Notes: generated by a model from the letters alone, not told the origin. Counted from the first letter of the stretch, positions 19,377 to 29,749 are shown. The stretch: DNA of 64,000 nucleotides from Candidatus Heimdallarchaeum aukensis (GCA_021513695.1 CP084166.1:2080001-2144000), one strand, 5' to 3'. Numbers and translations are program-made.

Positions 19377-21317
19377 TTAATTCACCTTCTCAATTGCTTT
19401 CTTTGGACAACGCTCAAAACATGCATTGCAAGAGATACATAGACGATTCTCAATGAAAAAACCCGTCTCCTTAGAACCAAAAACAGCATCAACTGGGCAA
19501 ACATTTTGGCACACACCACATTTAATGCAAAGGTCATCATTAATAACATAATTGAATAATCCTGGACAAACCTTTGCTCGACATACTTTTTGTTCAATGT
19601 GCTCAATATATTCTTCTCTGAAGTATTTAAGAGTAGACAAAATAGGATTAGGAGCCGTTTGACCTAAGCCACAGAGAGCAGTATCTTTGATAACAAATGA
19701 TAATTGCTCTAAATCAGTAAGAATGTCTAGTGTAGCATCACCAGATGTGATTTTCTCAAGCATTTCTAATGCGCGAACTGTTCCTTCTCGACAAGGAGTG
19801 CATTTTCCACAAGATTCAGATGCGATAAATGTCATAAAATAACGAGCTAAATCAACCATACAAGTGGACTCACTACAGACAATCATGCCTCCGGACCCCA
19901 TAATAGAACCAAGTTTCTTAAGAGAAGCAAAGTCAACTGGTGTATCAATTAGCGAAAAAGGAATACAACCACCAGAAGGACCCCCTGTCTGAACTGCTTT
20001 AAACTGTTTATCCCCTTTGACACCGCCACCGATATCGAAAATGATTTCACGAAGAGTTGTACCCATAGGAACTTCAACTAAACCAGAATTTTTAACATCC
20101 CCAGTAAGAGCAAAAACAGCTGTACCTTTAGTGTCCTCTGTTCCAATGCTACTAAACCATTTAGCGCCATTAAGAAGAATAACAGGAACTGTGACAAGAG
20201 TCTTGACATTGTTGATAATTGTTGGTTTTTCCCATAATCCGGAAACAGCAGGATAAGGAGGACGGGGGCGAGGTTCACCACGTAATCCCATTATAGAATT
20301 TATTAAAGCTGTTTCTTCTCCACAAACAAAAGCACCAGCTCCTTTTCTGATTTCAATAGAAAAATGAAAATCAGTACCAAAGATGTTATCTCCAAGAAAA
20401 TGGTTTTCGTAAGCTTGTTTTAGTGCAATCTCTAAACGCTTAATAGCAAGTGGATATTCAGCTCGGATGTAAATAAATCCCTTATTTGCTCCAATGGCAT
20501 ACGCAGCAATAGTCAATCCTTCAATTACACTATGAGGGTCTCCTTCAATCAAAGATCTGTCCATGAAAGCTCCAGGGTCGCCTTCATCAGCATTGCAGAC
20601 AACATATTTTTCAGTTTTTTCAATACTATCCTCGGTCGTTTTTGAAAGTTCTGCATTATATGCAAATTCCCATTTCACGCCAGTGGGAAAACCAGCACCA
20701 CCACGACCACGAAGGCCAGAAGATTTGATTTCATCAATAACCTCTTTGGGAGAAAGAGTAGTTAGAGTTTTGTAAAGGGCTTGGTAGCCACCTCTAGCAA
20801 GGTAATCGTTGATGTTTTCAGGGTCAATTATCCCAACATTTCTTAACGTTATTCTCTTTTGTTTCTTTAACATTGGCAAGGATTTGAAAGTTGGTAGTCC
20901 AGAGTAAATCTGTGGAATATTATATTTCCATGACTCTTGGTATTGAATAATATTTTCTTGTTCATCAAACATGCAGAAAACTTTTTCTTTTTTGAGATCT
21001 CCTCCAAAGTGTTTATCTATTATTTCTTTTACTTCTTCAGGCTTAACATTTTTATAAGAAACTCTGGGTGAGTTAGCTAGTTCAATATCCATTAAAGGCT
21101 CATAAGAACAACAACCTATACATCCTGTTTTTTCTATAATGACATCGTCTATTTTTAACTCATGAAGCACTTGTTGCACTTCTTTCAGAACTTCTTCTGC
21201 ACCTGCAGCAATACCACAAGTCCCATAGCCTATAATAATCCTATTTTTATTATGCTTCTCCTTGCTATGTAAAATCGCTTCTTCAGTTATATAATGAAAA
21301 TGATTGGATTTATTCAT
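19377..21317 (-). CDS. NuoF-like NAD(H)-binding flavoprotein subunit (FdsB/HoxF type) with an extra N-terminal thioredoxin-like 2Fe-2S domain and a C-terminal 2x[4Fe-4S] ferredoxin
   Basis: FMN/NADH motif GLRGRGGAGFPTGVKWEF. The C-terminus has CIKCGVCQNVCP ... CISCNACFERCP. The N-terminus has IIGYGTCGIAAGAEEV ... GCIGCCSYEP. Confidence 0.8.
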   Translation of the reverse strand: MNKSNHFHYITEEAILHSKEKHNKNRIIIGYGTCGIAAGAEEVLKEVQQVLHELKIDDVIIEKTGCIGCCSYEPLMDIELANSPRVSYKNVKPEEVKEIIDKHFGGDLKKEKVFCMFDEQENIIQYQESWKYNIPQIYSGLPTFKSLPMLKKQKRITLRNVGIIDPENINDYLARGGYQALYKTLTTLSPKEVIDEIKSSGLRGRGGAGFPTGVKWEFAYNAELSKTTEDSIEKTEKYVVCNADEGDPGAFMDRSLIEGDPHSVIEGLTIAAYAIGANKGFIYIRAEYPLAIKRLEIALKQAYENHFLGDNIFGTDFHFSIEIRKGAGAFVCGEETALINSIMGLRGEPRPRPPYPAVSGLWEKPTIINNVKTLVTVPVILLNGAKWFSSIGTEDTKGTAVFALTGDVKNSGLVEVPMGTTLREIIFDIGGGVKGDKQFKAVQTGGPSGGCIPFSLIDTPVDFASLKKLGSIMGSGGMIVCSESTCMVDLARYFMTFIASESCGKCTPCREGTVRALEMLEKITSGDATLDILTDLEQLSFVIKDTALCGLGQTAPNPILSTLKYFREEYIEHIEQKVCRAKVCPGLFNYVINDDLCIKCGVCQNVCPVDAVFGSKETGFFIENRLCISCNACFERCPKKAIEKVN

Positions 21318-21783
21318 TTTTTTCGCCCTCCTCTAATCCCGAAAGTAGCTTATCTATTGTTTTTACTGTATTTCTGCCGTAAACTTTTCCGTTGATAACA
21401 ATAGTTGGAGCTAAAGCACATGAACCAATACAAGCTACAGTCTCAAGAGAATATTTTCCATCAGGAGAATGCTCTCCTGCTTTTAGATTTAACTTTGATT
21501 CAATGTAATCAAGATTGCGTTTTGCTCCTGAAACATGACATGCTGTGCCTTGACAAACTGTTATGTTATATTTGGCAGGAGGTTTAAGTTTAAATAAGGC
21601 ATAAAAAGATATTACACCCCACATTTTACTTAAAGGGACTTCAATTTTTTGTGAAATGTCCTCTAAGACTTCACGTGGCAGATAACCATATTTATCTTGA
21701 GCATCGGACAAAATCTGAATTAGAGCGCTAGAATCAAAATTATAACGCGCTAGGATGGAATCAATATTAAAATCTGCATTCAT
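21310..21783 (-). CDS. NuoE-like thioredoxin-fold 2Fe-2S subunit (FdsG/HoxE type)
   Basis: CQGTACHVSGA ... VACIGSCALAP cysteine pattern. It overlaps the NuoF-like gene by 8 nt. Confidence 0.75.
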   Translation of the reverse strand: MNADFNIDSILARYNFDSSALIQILSDAQDKYGYLPREVLEDISQKIEVPLSKMWGVISFYALFKLKPPAKYNITVCQGTACHVSGAKRNLDYIESKLNLKAGEHSPDGKYSLETVACIGSCALAPTIVINGKVYGRNTVKTIDKLLSGLEEGEKNE

Positions 21784-21918
21784 AAAGAAAAAAAAATGAT
21801 TGTACCTATTAAATTTTATGTGACTGTGTGCAAAAAAATACTAAGTGAAAAACACTATGAATTAAAAAATAAGAAAAAACAAAGAAGTGTGAAGTAATAT
21901 GTTGCTCAAAAACAACTA

Positions 21919-22767
21919 TTATACTTCTAAATACTCCTTACCCAATCTATCCATGAATTCTCTAATCTTCTTCCTGTGTTCAGATCTTGTTCCCTTCTTG
22001 TCTACCATGGCAGCAAAAGGGTTCTCAATAGTCTTTTTAAAAGCTTGCTTGACTATCTCGTAATTGATATGATCTAAAACATATTTGGGAGCTATGTGAC
22101 CAATCAGAATGCTTTCTTCACTATACAACTTTTTTTCAAAACGGTAAGCATAATGATTTCCACCAAAACCAACATAAACGGATTCTCCATTTTCTCGGTT
22201 TTTTGCCTTTAAATATTCCTCTGCAGTCTTGATTATAGCTTTTGCAACTCCCTCAGCTCCTCGCTTATCTGTCCAATATTTTTCACTACTTCCTAATTCC
22301 ATGAAACATAAGGGAGTACTCATATTAGTAGGACCATGGTGAGTGACTTCTATCCCAACTCTGTATTCTTCAAGTTTTAAATCGTCTTTGAAAAATCTCA
22401 AGTTCTTTAAACCGATCTTGATGGCTAAAGCAGAAGAATAAGCAAGCTCGTTACTATTACCCCCCAATCTAGCTTCGCCCCAATTACCAGGAGTGTGAAT
22501 AAGTAAAGCAGGAAAACCAGATTCAGCACTATGTCTACTAGCAAAAATAAACAAATCGGTATCAATTATATCTTCTAAATTAGAAATATTCACACCGTCG
22601 TTATCAACATGAATAGCTTTAACATCATTAGGAAACTTAGTATAAGCATAAATCTCTTGGTCATAATCTAATTTCTTGAAAAGAGAAGATTCTTCAATTA
22701 TATCCCACATTGCTGATGCAGCTTGATCTCTTTTAGGAAAAACAATAACTACTTTGGACTTAATCAA
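21919..22767 (-). CDS. archaeal-type D-aminoacyl-tRNA deacylase (DTD2/DtdA family), tentative
   Basis: The roughly 280-aa size and the ASRHSAESGFPALLIHTPGNWG stretch match my recollection of DTD2 conserved blocks. This could not be verified by search. Confidence 0.45.
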   Translation of the reverse strand: MIKSKVVIVFPKRDQAASAMWDIIEESSLFKKLDYDQEIYAYTKFPNDVKAIHVDNDGVNISNLEDIIDTDLFIFASRHSAESGFPALLIHTPGNWGEARLGGNSNELAYSSALAIKIGLKNLRFFKDDLKLEEYRVGIEVTHHGPTNMSTPLCFMELGSSEKYWTDKRGAEGVAKAIIKTAEEYLKAKNRENGESVYVGFGGNHYAYRFEKKLYSEESILIGHIAPKYVLDHINYEIVKQAFKKTIENPFAAMVDKKGTRSEHRKKIREFMDRLGKEYLEV

Positions 22768-22887
22768 AGTTACTCATCCTTTTTTAGACTTTTCAAAAAT
22801 TTATTTTTTATTAAGTTAGTTATTAAGACAAATCTGTCGTACTTCGTAAACAATAACAAGAAGGAACGGAACTTAAAAAAATAAGGC

Positions 22888-22965
22888 TGGTGGGGTAGAC
22901 AGGATTTGAACCTGTGACATCCTCCACGTCAAGGAGGTATCATAGCCGGGCTAGATCACTACCCC
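22888..22965 (-). tRNA. tRNA-Val (anticodon GAC), no intron, CCA encoded; D-arm unusually long
   Basis: The minus-strand fold gives acceptor GGGGTAG/CTACCCC, anticodon arm CCTCC-TTGACGT-GGAGG and T-arm ACAGG-TTCAAAT-CCTGT, with discriminator A and CCA. Confidence 0.7.
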
Positions 22966-23564
22966 AATATTATTAAGGTCTACTGCTTTTTTTTTTCCTC
23001 TGTTTAAATATTTTTTGTTGAGTTATTTTTCTTCAACTGTATCTCATTTAAGTAAGTTTGATTATTAAAATTATTAATGAGTTCTTAGGCTGTTTTTAGA
23101 AAAAATAATTACTAAAGTTTTTTCTTATAGACTCTGACTTCTAGGGAAAAAATACTATCCTGTCATTTGTTATTCTTATAACCTTGCTTTTACATCAAAA
23201 AAGTTCAAACTTCAAAAATGGAATAAAAAAGTGAATAGTTTGGATTTTATACTACACATTTTCTTTGTGTAAGGTATATTGAAGTTTGAGTTAATTCTTC
23301 ACGTCTTGTTCTTTTTTGTACTGGTCTTGATTTCCAGTATTTTTCTGTTCTTCCTGTTTTTCTTTCTGCCATTTTTATCACTGTATACATAATGTCCCCT
23401 TATTTATTAAGCACTTTTAAAATCAACAGTTGTAACGCTTCTAATTGTTGGTTTTATCCTCTTTTCTTTTAATTAAGCTTCAAAAGAGAATCATTTATCT
23501 GATAAACCAAAAGGTTAAAGAGGAAATATAGAAGTGAACCACTTTTTATTACTTTTAGTGGCCA

Positions 23565-24437
23565 TTAATTAACTGTTTTACTAACGTTTGTTTGACTTTT
23601 CATCTCTTTTACTTCTCTTTTTTCAGTCGATCTACTTTCTTCTAGTTTACGTGAAAAAAAATTACTTAGTTCTACTTTTAGTTGTGGGCTGAGCCTTGTT
23701 AATTTTTCTACTATTCCGTAAACCTTTGGGTAATATAATTCTTTTTTCTTATTTAACATTAATTTTACTATTTTTTTTGCTAGATCTTCTTTTCTGTATG
23801 TTTTGAACGTTTTTGTGTTTATATTTGCTTTTTCACAGAATGGTGTATCATGTAGTGCTGGATAAACTGTGCTTATTTTTATTCCGCTTTTTTTTAACTC
23901 GTTTCTTATACTTTCGCTTAATATTTTAACTGCACCCTTTGTTATACAGTAAGTTGTGAACCTGTAGGTTGGTACTGCTGCTATTGCTGAAGACATGTTT
24001 ATAATCTGCCCTTCTCCTTGTTTTTTCATTATGTTTGCCACTTTTTTTGTTAATTTTATTAGTCCTATTACGTTTGTTTCTATCATTTCTTCTATATCTT
24101 CATCACTCTGCTCTAGGAAGTCTATATTTTTTCCATATCCTGCATTGTTTAGCAGTACATCTATCTTTCCGTATTTTTTTAACGTTTCATCTACAAGTTT
24201 TCTAATGTCTTCGTTGTTCTTTATATCTCCTACTATCTTTAATGTGCTGATGTTGTTTCTTTTTAGTTCTTCTTCTACTTTACTTAGCTTTTCTTCTCTC
24301 CTTGCAAAAATTACTACTTTTGCGTTGTACTTTATTAGTTCTTTTGCTACTTGTTTTCCTATCCCTGAAGATGCTCCTGTTATTATTACTACTTTTTCTC
24401 TCAATTTTTCTGAATTTTTCTTCTTCAATTTTTTCAT
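23565..24437 (-). CDS. short-chain dehydrogenase/reductase (SDR) family oxidoreductase
   Basis: TGASSGIG Rossmann motif. A YxxxK catalytic region is consistent with SDR (CITKGAVKIL). Confidence 0.75.
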   Translation of the reverse strand: MKKLKKKNSEKLREKVVIITGASSGIGKQVAKELIKYNAKVVIFARREEKLSKVEEELKRNNISTLKIVGDIKNNEDIRKLVDETLKKYGKIDVLLNNAGYGKNIDFLEQSDEDIEEMIETNVIGLIKLTKKVANIMKKQGEGQIINMSSAIAAVPTYRFTTYCITKGAVKILSESIRNELKKSGIKISTVYPALHDTPFCEKANINTKTFKTYRKEDLAKKIVKLMLNKKKELYYPKVYGIVEKLTRLSPQLKVELSNFFSRKLEESRSTEKREVKEMKSQTNVSKTVN

Positions 24438-24671
24438 CGAGTTGTTTACCCTATTATCTTATTTAAACAGCAAAAAAGTTCTTTCTTGATTTTCTTACTC
24501 TCTGCTTCTTTTTCTTCTTTTTGTACTTTTTTTAATTATCATTTTCTTTTGTTTAGTTTTTTGTCTGAACTTATCATCTAATTTCTTTAGAAAAAACTTA
24601 TAAAAATATCAACAATTGGTGAGTTAAAGAAAAGAATATTATTCTTTAAGATAAAATTAAATTAGTCAGAG

Positions 24672-26393
24672 TTGATCGACTTGAAAGCAATTGCAATCGG
24701 ATTGAAAGTATTAGGTTTTATCTTAATATTTACCACGGCCTTTGTGCCTATCTACAAGATTTATTATGATGCTACTCCACTGAGTGAGCATGACAAGTAT
24801 ACACAAGATTCACTTTTAATTAGTATATTTGGTTCGAGAGTTGAATATAATACTATAGGATATGATTACAATAACAATATCACGAAGGTGTATACGGAGT
24901 TACAAATTCCTAGTAATATAGTCCTACTGTCTGCAGCGCTATGGTTTTTGTTATTCTTTAGTGTTCTCGCTGCTGCTTTAGGTCAAGTATTTCAGTCAGG
25001 AGGAGTGAAAAAGAGAGGTAATATGGCAGACATAATGGCTGCATTATTCCTGTTAGTCTCTTTGATTGTTCTCATAATTGCTATTAATCGGACTTTGAAC
25101 TTCACTGCGAGTGAATACAAAGCGGTATTGTCTGGACAGACTGCTACTCCTTCATCTGCAGTAACTTTCAATCCCAATGATAGTAATCCTTCTTATTTCT
25201 TAATTAGCTTACGTGGAAAAATGACCTTCATGTTTTATATTTATATTATTGGTGTTCTTCTCACTCTAACAGGTTTATTCTTACCTGTTGATTGGACAAA
25301 ACCAAGTGAGGGAACATTCAGTAAAAAATTCGCTAGTTCTAAACCCATTTCCTTTATTAAACAAATAGCTACAATGAGGTTGACCATCTATATTCTTCGC
25401 CGACTTCTTACACTCATCCCCTTGTTCATTGCCATTATGGTTATGACCTTTGTAATGGTTTCTGGGTTGGGAGACCCTGTCGCATTGTTACTCTTGGGTA
25501 AGATTAACGTTACCGAGGAAGACAAAATTAACCTTACTAGATCTCTTGGATTGGATCAACCTGTTTATGCTCGATTTGTTATTTGGTTCTATAACTTCCT
25601 TCATGGTAATATGGGTGAAAGTTATCGTGGTGGTCGTTCTATTAACACCATGATTGGTGAACTTGTTTGGGAAACACTAAAACTTCAGCTTGCTTCTTTT
25701 GTTTTAGCTTTACTCATAGCTATTCCTCTAGGTGTGGTCGCAGCTAAGAATCAGAATACTTGGATTGATTCAACTGCAAGCACTATCGCTCTTCTTGGTT
25801 TGTCCATGCCTATTTTCGTTTTTGGTTTAATGCTTATTTATATCTTCAGTGGATATGGTTTAGGCTGGCTACCAGCAGCTAAAGCACATTCCATTCCAAC
25901 TCCTGTTGTTGATTGGTCCGCACTCCGGGCAGGAGACTGGGGTACGTGGTGGTCCTCGCTGATGGCGCGTACGGGAGATTCAATAATTCACATGATCCTT
26001 CCAACTACTGCTTTGACCTTCGCTTCTCTTGCTACCTATACTCGTTTAGTCAGAACAACAATGTTAGAAGTTCTTCGCCAAGATTATATTTTAGCAGCTC
26101 GAGCTAATGGTCTTTCTGAACGAGTTATTACTTGGAAACATGCTTGGAGAAACGTTCTTATTCCTGTAGTTACTTATGTTGGTCTATTTTTAGCTTCGGC
26201 TTTAGCTGGTGCTCCTATTACAGAAACGCTTTTCACTTGGCCTGGTTTAGGTTATAGGTATGTTGTTGCTGTGGGTCTTTTGGATTTTCCGATGATTTTG
26301 GGTACAACTGCTATTCTTACTATTTTGATCCTTTTAGGAAATTTAGTTACTGATATTGTTTACGTCGCTGTTGACCCGAGAATTGAATTGTAG
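24672..26393 (+). CDS. Opp/Dpp-type ABC transporter permease (OppB-like) with a roughly 237-aa N-terminal 4-TM extension; the permease proper may start at internal ATG 25383
   Basis: The C-terminal 330 aa have the OppB-like start MRLTIYILRRLLTLIPLF and an EAA-like loop. The upstream in-frame segment is hydrophobic and unrelated. The annotated start is TTG. Confidence 0.7.
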   Translation: MIDLKAIAIGLKVLGFILIFTTAFVPIYKIYYDATPLSEHDKYTQDSLLISIFGSRVEYNTIGYDYNNNITKVYTELQIPSNIVLLSAALWFLLFFSVLAAALGQVFQSGGVKKRGNMADIMAALFLLVSLIVLIIAINRTLNFTASEYKAVLSGQTATPSSAVTFNPNDSNPSYFLISLRGKMTFMFYIYIIGVLLTLTGLFLPVDWTKPSEGTFSKKFASSKPISFIKQIATMRLTIYILRRLLTLIPLFIAIMVMTFVMVSGLGDPVALLLLGKINVTEEDKINLTRSLGLDQPVYARFVIWFYNFLHGNMGESYRGGRSINTMIGELVWETLKLQLASFVLALLIAIPLGVVAAKNQNTWIDSTASTIALLGLSMPIFVFGLMLIYIFSGYGLGWLPAAKAHSIPTPVVDWSALRAGDWGTWWSSLMARTGDSIIHMILPTTALTFASLATYTRLVRTTMLEVLRQDYILAARANGLSERVITWKHAWRNVLIPVVTYVGLFLASALAGAPITETLFTWPGLGYRYVVAVGLLDFPMILGTTAILTILILLGNLVTDIVYVAVDPRIEL

Positions 26394-26403
26394 GTGAAAA
26401 AAA

Positions 26404-27636
26404 ATGTTACGAGTGGCTCGTGAAAAAAGAAAAACAGTGTTTGAAAATAACGTTAAAGCTTATATGGAAGAGCATCGCCTTCCTCCATCAATGTCTTGGG
26501 TAGCAAAATTAGCTATTGCTTGGAGACATTATAGTGTTGATATAGCTGTACAGAGTTTGGCTATCTTTACTTTTCTCCTTATCTTTTTATCAATAACCTG
26601 GGATACTAGTTTTGCCCGGATTCTCATATGGTCTCTAATTGTTGCAGGAGTCTGGGGTGTAGTTAGATTTTCTATTCGTCTCTATAAACAAACTGCTATG
26701 CAAAAAGAACTTATTATTGCCAAAGATGGAACGTTAAGAGAACGTAGTCCTTCTAATTGGAGTCTTATCTGGAGACGATATAAGAAAAACAAGGTTTCTC
26801 TTTTGTCTGGAAGTGTGGTCGCAATCGTTACCTTAATTGCTATAATTTATCCTATTCTTTTACCCTTTAACCCTGTACAACAAGTTCCTCTATTTGATGC
26901 TTGGAATGGCGGTGGTTCAATCGCCCGACCTAATTTGAAGTATCCTGCTGGTACAGATATTCTCGGTAGAGATGAATTCTCAAGAGTACTTGCTGGTTCT
27001 GAGGTTTCTTTAACTGTTGGAGTATTTTCAACTGTCTTATCAGTTTTTATTGGTGTGTCCTTAGGAGCTATCGCTGGATATTATCGAGGTTGGTCAGAAG
27101 AAATTATTATGAGAATCACAGATATGTTCCTATCCCTACCTTTCTTAGTTATTGCTATTCTTGCTGTAGCCTTTATTAGGAGAGGAAGGATAGCTTTCTT
27201 GAAACAAATTCCTCAGTCTATGGTTATTATTCTTGTACTGGGAATATTTGGTTGGGGTGGACTGTGCAGGTTAGTAACTGCAAATACAAAGCAGATCTAT
27301 AGGTTAGATTATGTTAATGCTGCACGAGTATTAGGGGCCAGTAATCGTCGAATAATTCTATTGCATATTTTACCTAATATTTTAGCTCCTATAATTGTTA
27401 TAGCAACATTGTCTGTTGCAGGAGGAATATTGTCAGAAGCAGGATTGACTTTCCTAGGTTTGGGTAGTCCAACAACTATTTCGTGGGGACAAATGGTAAA
27501 TGAAGCCCAAACAGTTTTCAGATCCAATCCTGAACTCGCATTCATACCTGGTTTTGCAATATTTTTTGTTGTATTAGCTTTTAACTTACTAGGTGATGCC
27601 CTGAGGGACGCAATGGATCCAAGACTAAAGGAGTAA
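26404..27636 (+). CDS. Opp/Dpp-type ABC transporter permease (OppC-like)
   Basis: Six TM segments and an OppC-type N-terminal extension. Follows the OppB-like gene. Confidence 0.7.
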   Translation: MLRVAREKRKTVFENNVKAYMEEHRLPPSMSWVAKLAIAWRHYSVDIAVQSLAIFTFLLIFLSITWDTSFARILIWSLIVAGVWGVVRFSIRLYKQTAMQKELIIAKDGTLRERSPSNWSLIWRRYKKNKVSLLSGSVVAIVTLIAIIYPILLPFNPVQQVPLFDAWNGGGSIARPNLKYPAGTDILGRDEFSRVLAGSEVSLTVGVFSTVLSVFIGVSLGAIAGYYRGWSEEIIMRITDMFLSLPFLVIAILAVAFIRRGRIAFLKQIPQSMVIILVLGIFGWGGLCRLVTANTKQIYRLDYVNAARVLGASNRRIILLHILPNILAPIIVIATLSVAGGILSEAGLTFLGLGSPTTISWGQMVNEAQTVFRSNPELAFIPGFAIFFVVLAFNLLGDALRDAMDPRLKE

Positions 27637-28694
27637 TGAGAATAATGAAGAAAATAGAACCTATACTAGATGTGAAAAATCTTTACACCCGCTTTTATAC
27701 AGAAAGTGGTGTAGTAGAAGCACTTGATGGTGTTAACTTTGATGTAGGTTACGGAGAACCTGTTGGAATTGTAGGTGAAAGCGGGTGCGGAAAAACTGTA
27801 ACAAGTCATAGTGTGCTAAGAATTTTACCTAAAAATGGACGAATACTACAACCTCCAAGTGAAATATACTATAAAGGAGTTAATCTCTTAGACTTAACAG
27901 ATGAACAGATGCGACATGTTAGAGGAAAAGAAGCTGCAATGATATTTCAAGATCCGATGACTAGTCTTAATCCCATTTTCAAAATAAGTGACCAGATGAT
28001 TGAAGTTATCCAGTTACACAGAAAGGTAAACAAAAATGAAGCAAGGGATATAGCTATTGAGATGATGGAAGCAGTAGGTATCCCTGATTCCGCGGAAAGA
28101 ATTGACAATTATCCTCATCAATTCAGTGGAGGAATGAGACAAAGAATTCTAATTGCTAGAGCATTGGCATTACAACCAAGTTTGTTAATTGCTGATGAGC
28201 CTACTACAGCATTAGATGTAACCATTCAAGCTCAAGTTCTTGAAATAATCAAAGAAATGCAAAAGCAATTTGGTTTAGCTCTGATGCTAATCACTCATAA
28301 TCTAGGTGTGGTAGCTGAAATAACAAAAAGAGTACATATATTCTACGGTGGAAGAGTAGTGGAATCAGGTCCAACAGAGGAAATATTCGTTAATCCTTTC
28401 CACCCATATACAAAAGCACTTTTTGATAGTATCCCCTCACTAGAACAAGATAAAACAAGATTAGCAACAATACCTGGAACAGTACCTCAACTTATTAACC
28501 CACCGCAAGGTTGTAGATTTCATCCAAGATGTAAATATGCAACAGAAATATGTCGAAGGGCTCGTCCTCCAGATATGTGGGTAACAGAAACAAGACGTGT
28601 ACAGTGTCACCACTGGGAAGAATTAGATCTTACAATCGATAAAGAAAAAGTGAAAGAAGTGAGAAAAACAGCTGTTTCCGTGGAAGGTGTGTAA
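27636..28694 (+). CDS. Opp/Dpp-type ABC transporter ATP-binding protein (OppD-like)
   Basis: Walker A GESGCGKT, signature FSGGMRQR, Walker B LLIADEPT. The C-terminal oligopeptide-ABC Cys-rich tail is present. Confidence 0.85.
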   Translation: MRIMKKIEPILDVKNLYTRFYTESGVVEALDGVNFDVGYGEPVGIVGESGCGKTVTSHSVLRILPKNGRILQPPSEIYYKGVNLLDLTDEQMRHVRGKEAAMIFQDPMTSLNPIFKISDQMIEVIQLHRKVNKNEARDIAIEMMEAVGIPDSAERIDNYPHQFSGGMRQRILIARALALQPSLLIADEPTTALDVTIQAQVLEIIKEMQKQFGLALMLITHNLGVVAEITKRVHIFYGGRVVESGPTEEIFVNPFHPYTKALFDSIPSLEQDKTRLATIPGTVPQLINPPQGCRFHPRCKYATEICRRARPPDMWVTETRRVQCHHWEELDLTIDKEKVKEVRKTAVSVEGV

Positions 28695-28696
28695 AA

Positions 28697-29749
28697 GTGG
28701 CAAGCATGAGATCATTTGAAGAATACGAAGTAATAGACACAGACTTGTTTTCAGCATGGGACCCAAATAAATTCCCTATTCTTGAAACAAAAAATTTGAA
28801 GAAATGGTTTCCAGTAGCTGAACAATCATTACTCTATTCAAAAACAGTAAACTTCATAAAAGCAGTAGATGGAGTAAATCTCTTTTTGAATAAAGGTGAA
28901 ACACTTGGACTAGTAGGAGAAAGTGGGTGTGGAAAGAGTACAACATCAAAAACAATAATTAAATTGGAAGAACCAACAGAAGGGTCTGTTTACTTTAAAG
29001 GAATAGATATGTTTCAACCAATGACAAGAGTTGAAGAGTTAGCAATAAAAAGACAGATACAAATGGTTTTCCAGGACCCATATGCAAGCCTAAACCCGAG
29101 AAGAATGGTTTTAGATATTATAAAAGAACCATTCGATATACATTTCGCTGATATGCCTTATGAAGAAAAAGAAGCAAGAGTACTGGAAATTCTAAGTAAA
29201 GTTGGTCTTGAAGATTATCATGCATTAAGATATCCACATGAATTCTCAGGAGGCCAAAGACAAAGAATAGGAATAGCAAGAGCTTTAGCTATGAATCCAG
29301 AAGTCATTCTGTTAGACGAACCAGTATCTGCATTAGATGTATCAGTTCAAGCTCAAATACTAAATCTATTACATGACTTGCAAATAGATTTCAAATTAAC
29401 ATATATGTTTATAGCACACGATCTAAGTGTAATTAAGCATGTATCAGATAGAGTAGCAGTGATGTATCTAGGAAAAATAATGGAAATGGCACCAACAGGA
29501 GAATTGTTCAGAAACACAGCTCATCCATATACAATAGCTTTATTGTCTGCTATACCGAGACCAGATCCAAGAATAAAAATGGATAGAATAATATTAGAAG
29601 GAGACCCACCAAGTCCAATTAATACTCCAAGCGGTTGTCCTTTTCATCCTCGTTGTTGGAAAGCTAAAGAAGTTTGTTCTCAAAAACAGCCTCCTTTGGA
29701 AGAAGTTAAACCTAATCATTATGTCAGTTGTTGGTTCCCTGAAATATAA
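28697..29749 (+). CDS. Opp/Dpp-type ABC transporter ATP-binding protein (OppF-like)
   Basis: Walker A GESGCGKST, signature FSGGQRQR, Walker B ILLDEPVSALD. Confidence 0.85.
   Translation: MASMRSFEEYEVIDTDLFSAWDPNKFPILETKNLKKWFPVAEQSLLYSKTVNFIKAVDGVNLFLNKGETLGLVGESGCGKSTTSKTIIKLEEPTEGSVYFKGIDMFQPMTRVEELAIKRQIQMVFQDPYASLNPRRMVLDIIKEPFDIHFADMPYEEKEARVLEILSKVGLEDYHALRYPHEFSGGQRQRIGIARALAMNPEVILLDEPVSALDVSVQAQILNLLHDLQIDFKLTYMFIAHDLSVIKHVSDRVAVMYLGKIMEMAPTGELFRNTAHPYTIALLSAIPRPDPRIKMDRIILEGDPPSPINTPSGCPFHPRCWKAKEVCSQKQPPLEEVKPNHYVSCWFPEI

Noticed and set aside
23995-24489. 164-aa plus-strand ORF
   Set aside because: It is antisense to the SDR gene (clear TGASSGIG motif on the minus strand) and is S/F-rich low complexity typical of shadow ORFs in AT-rich DNA.
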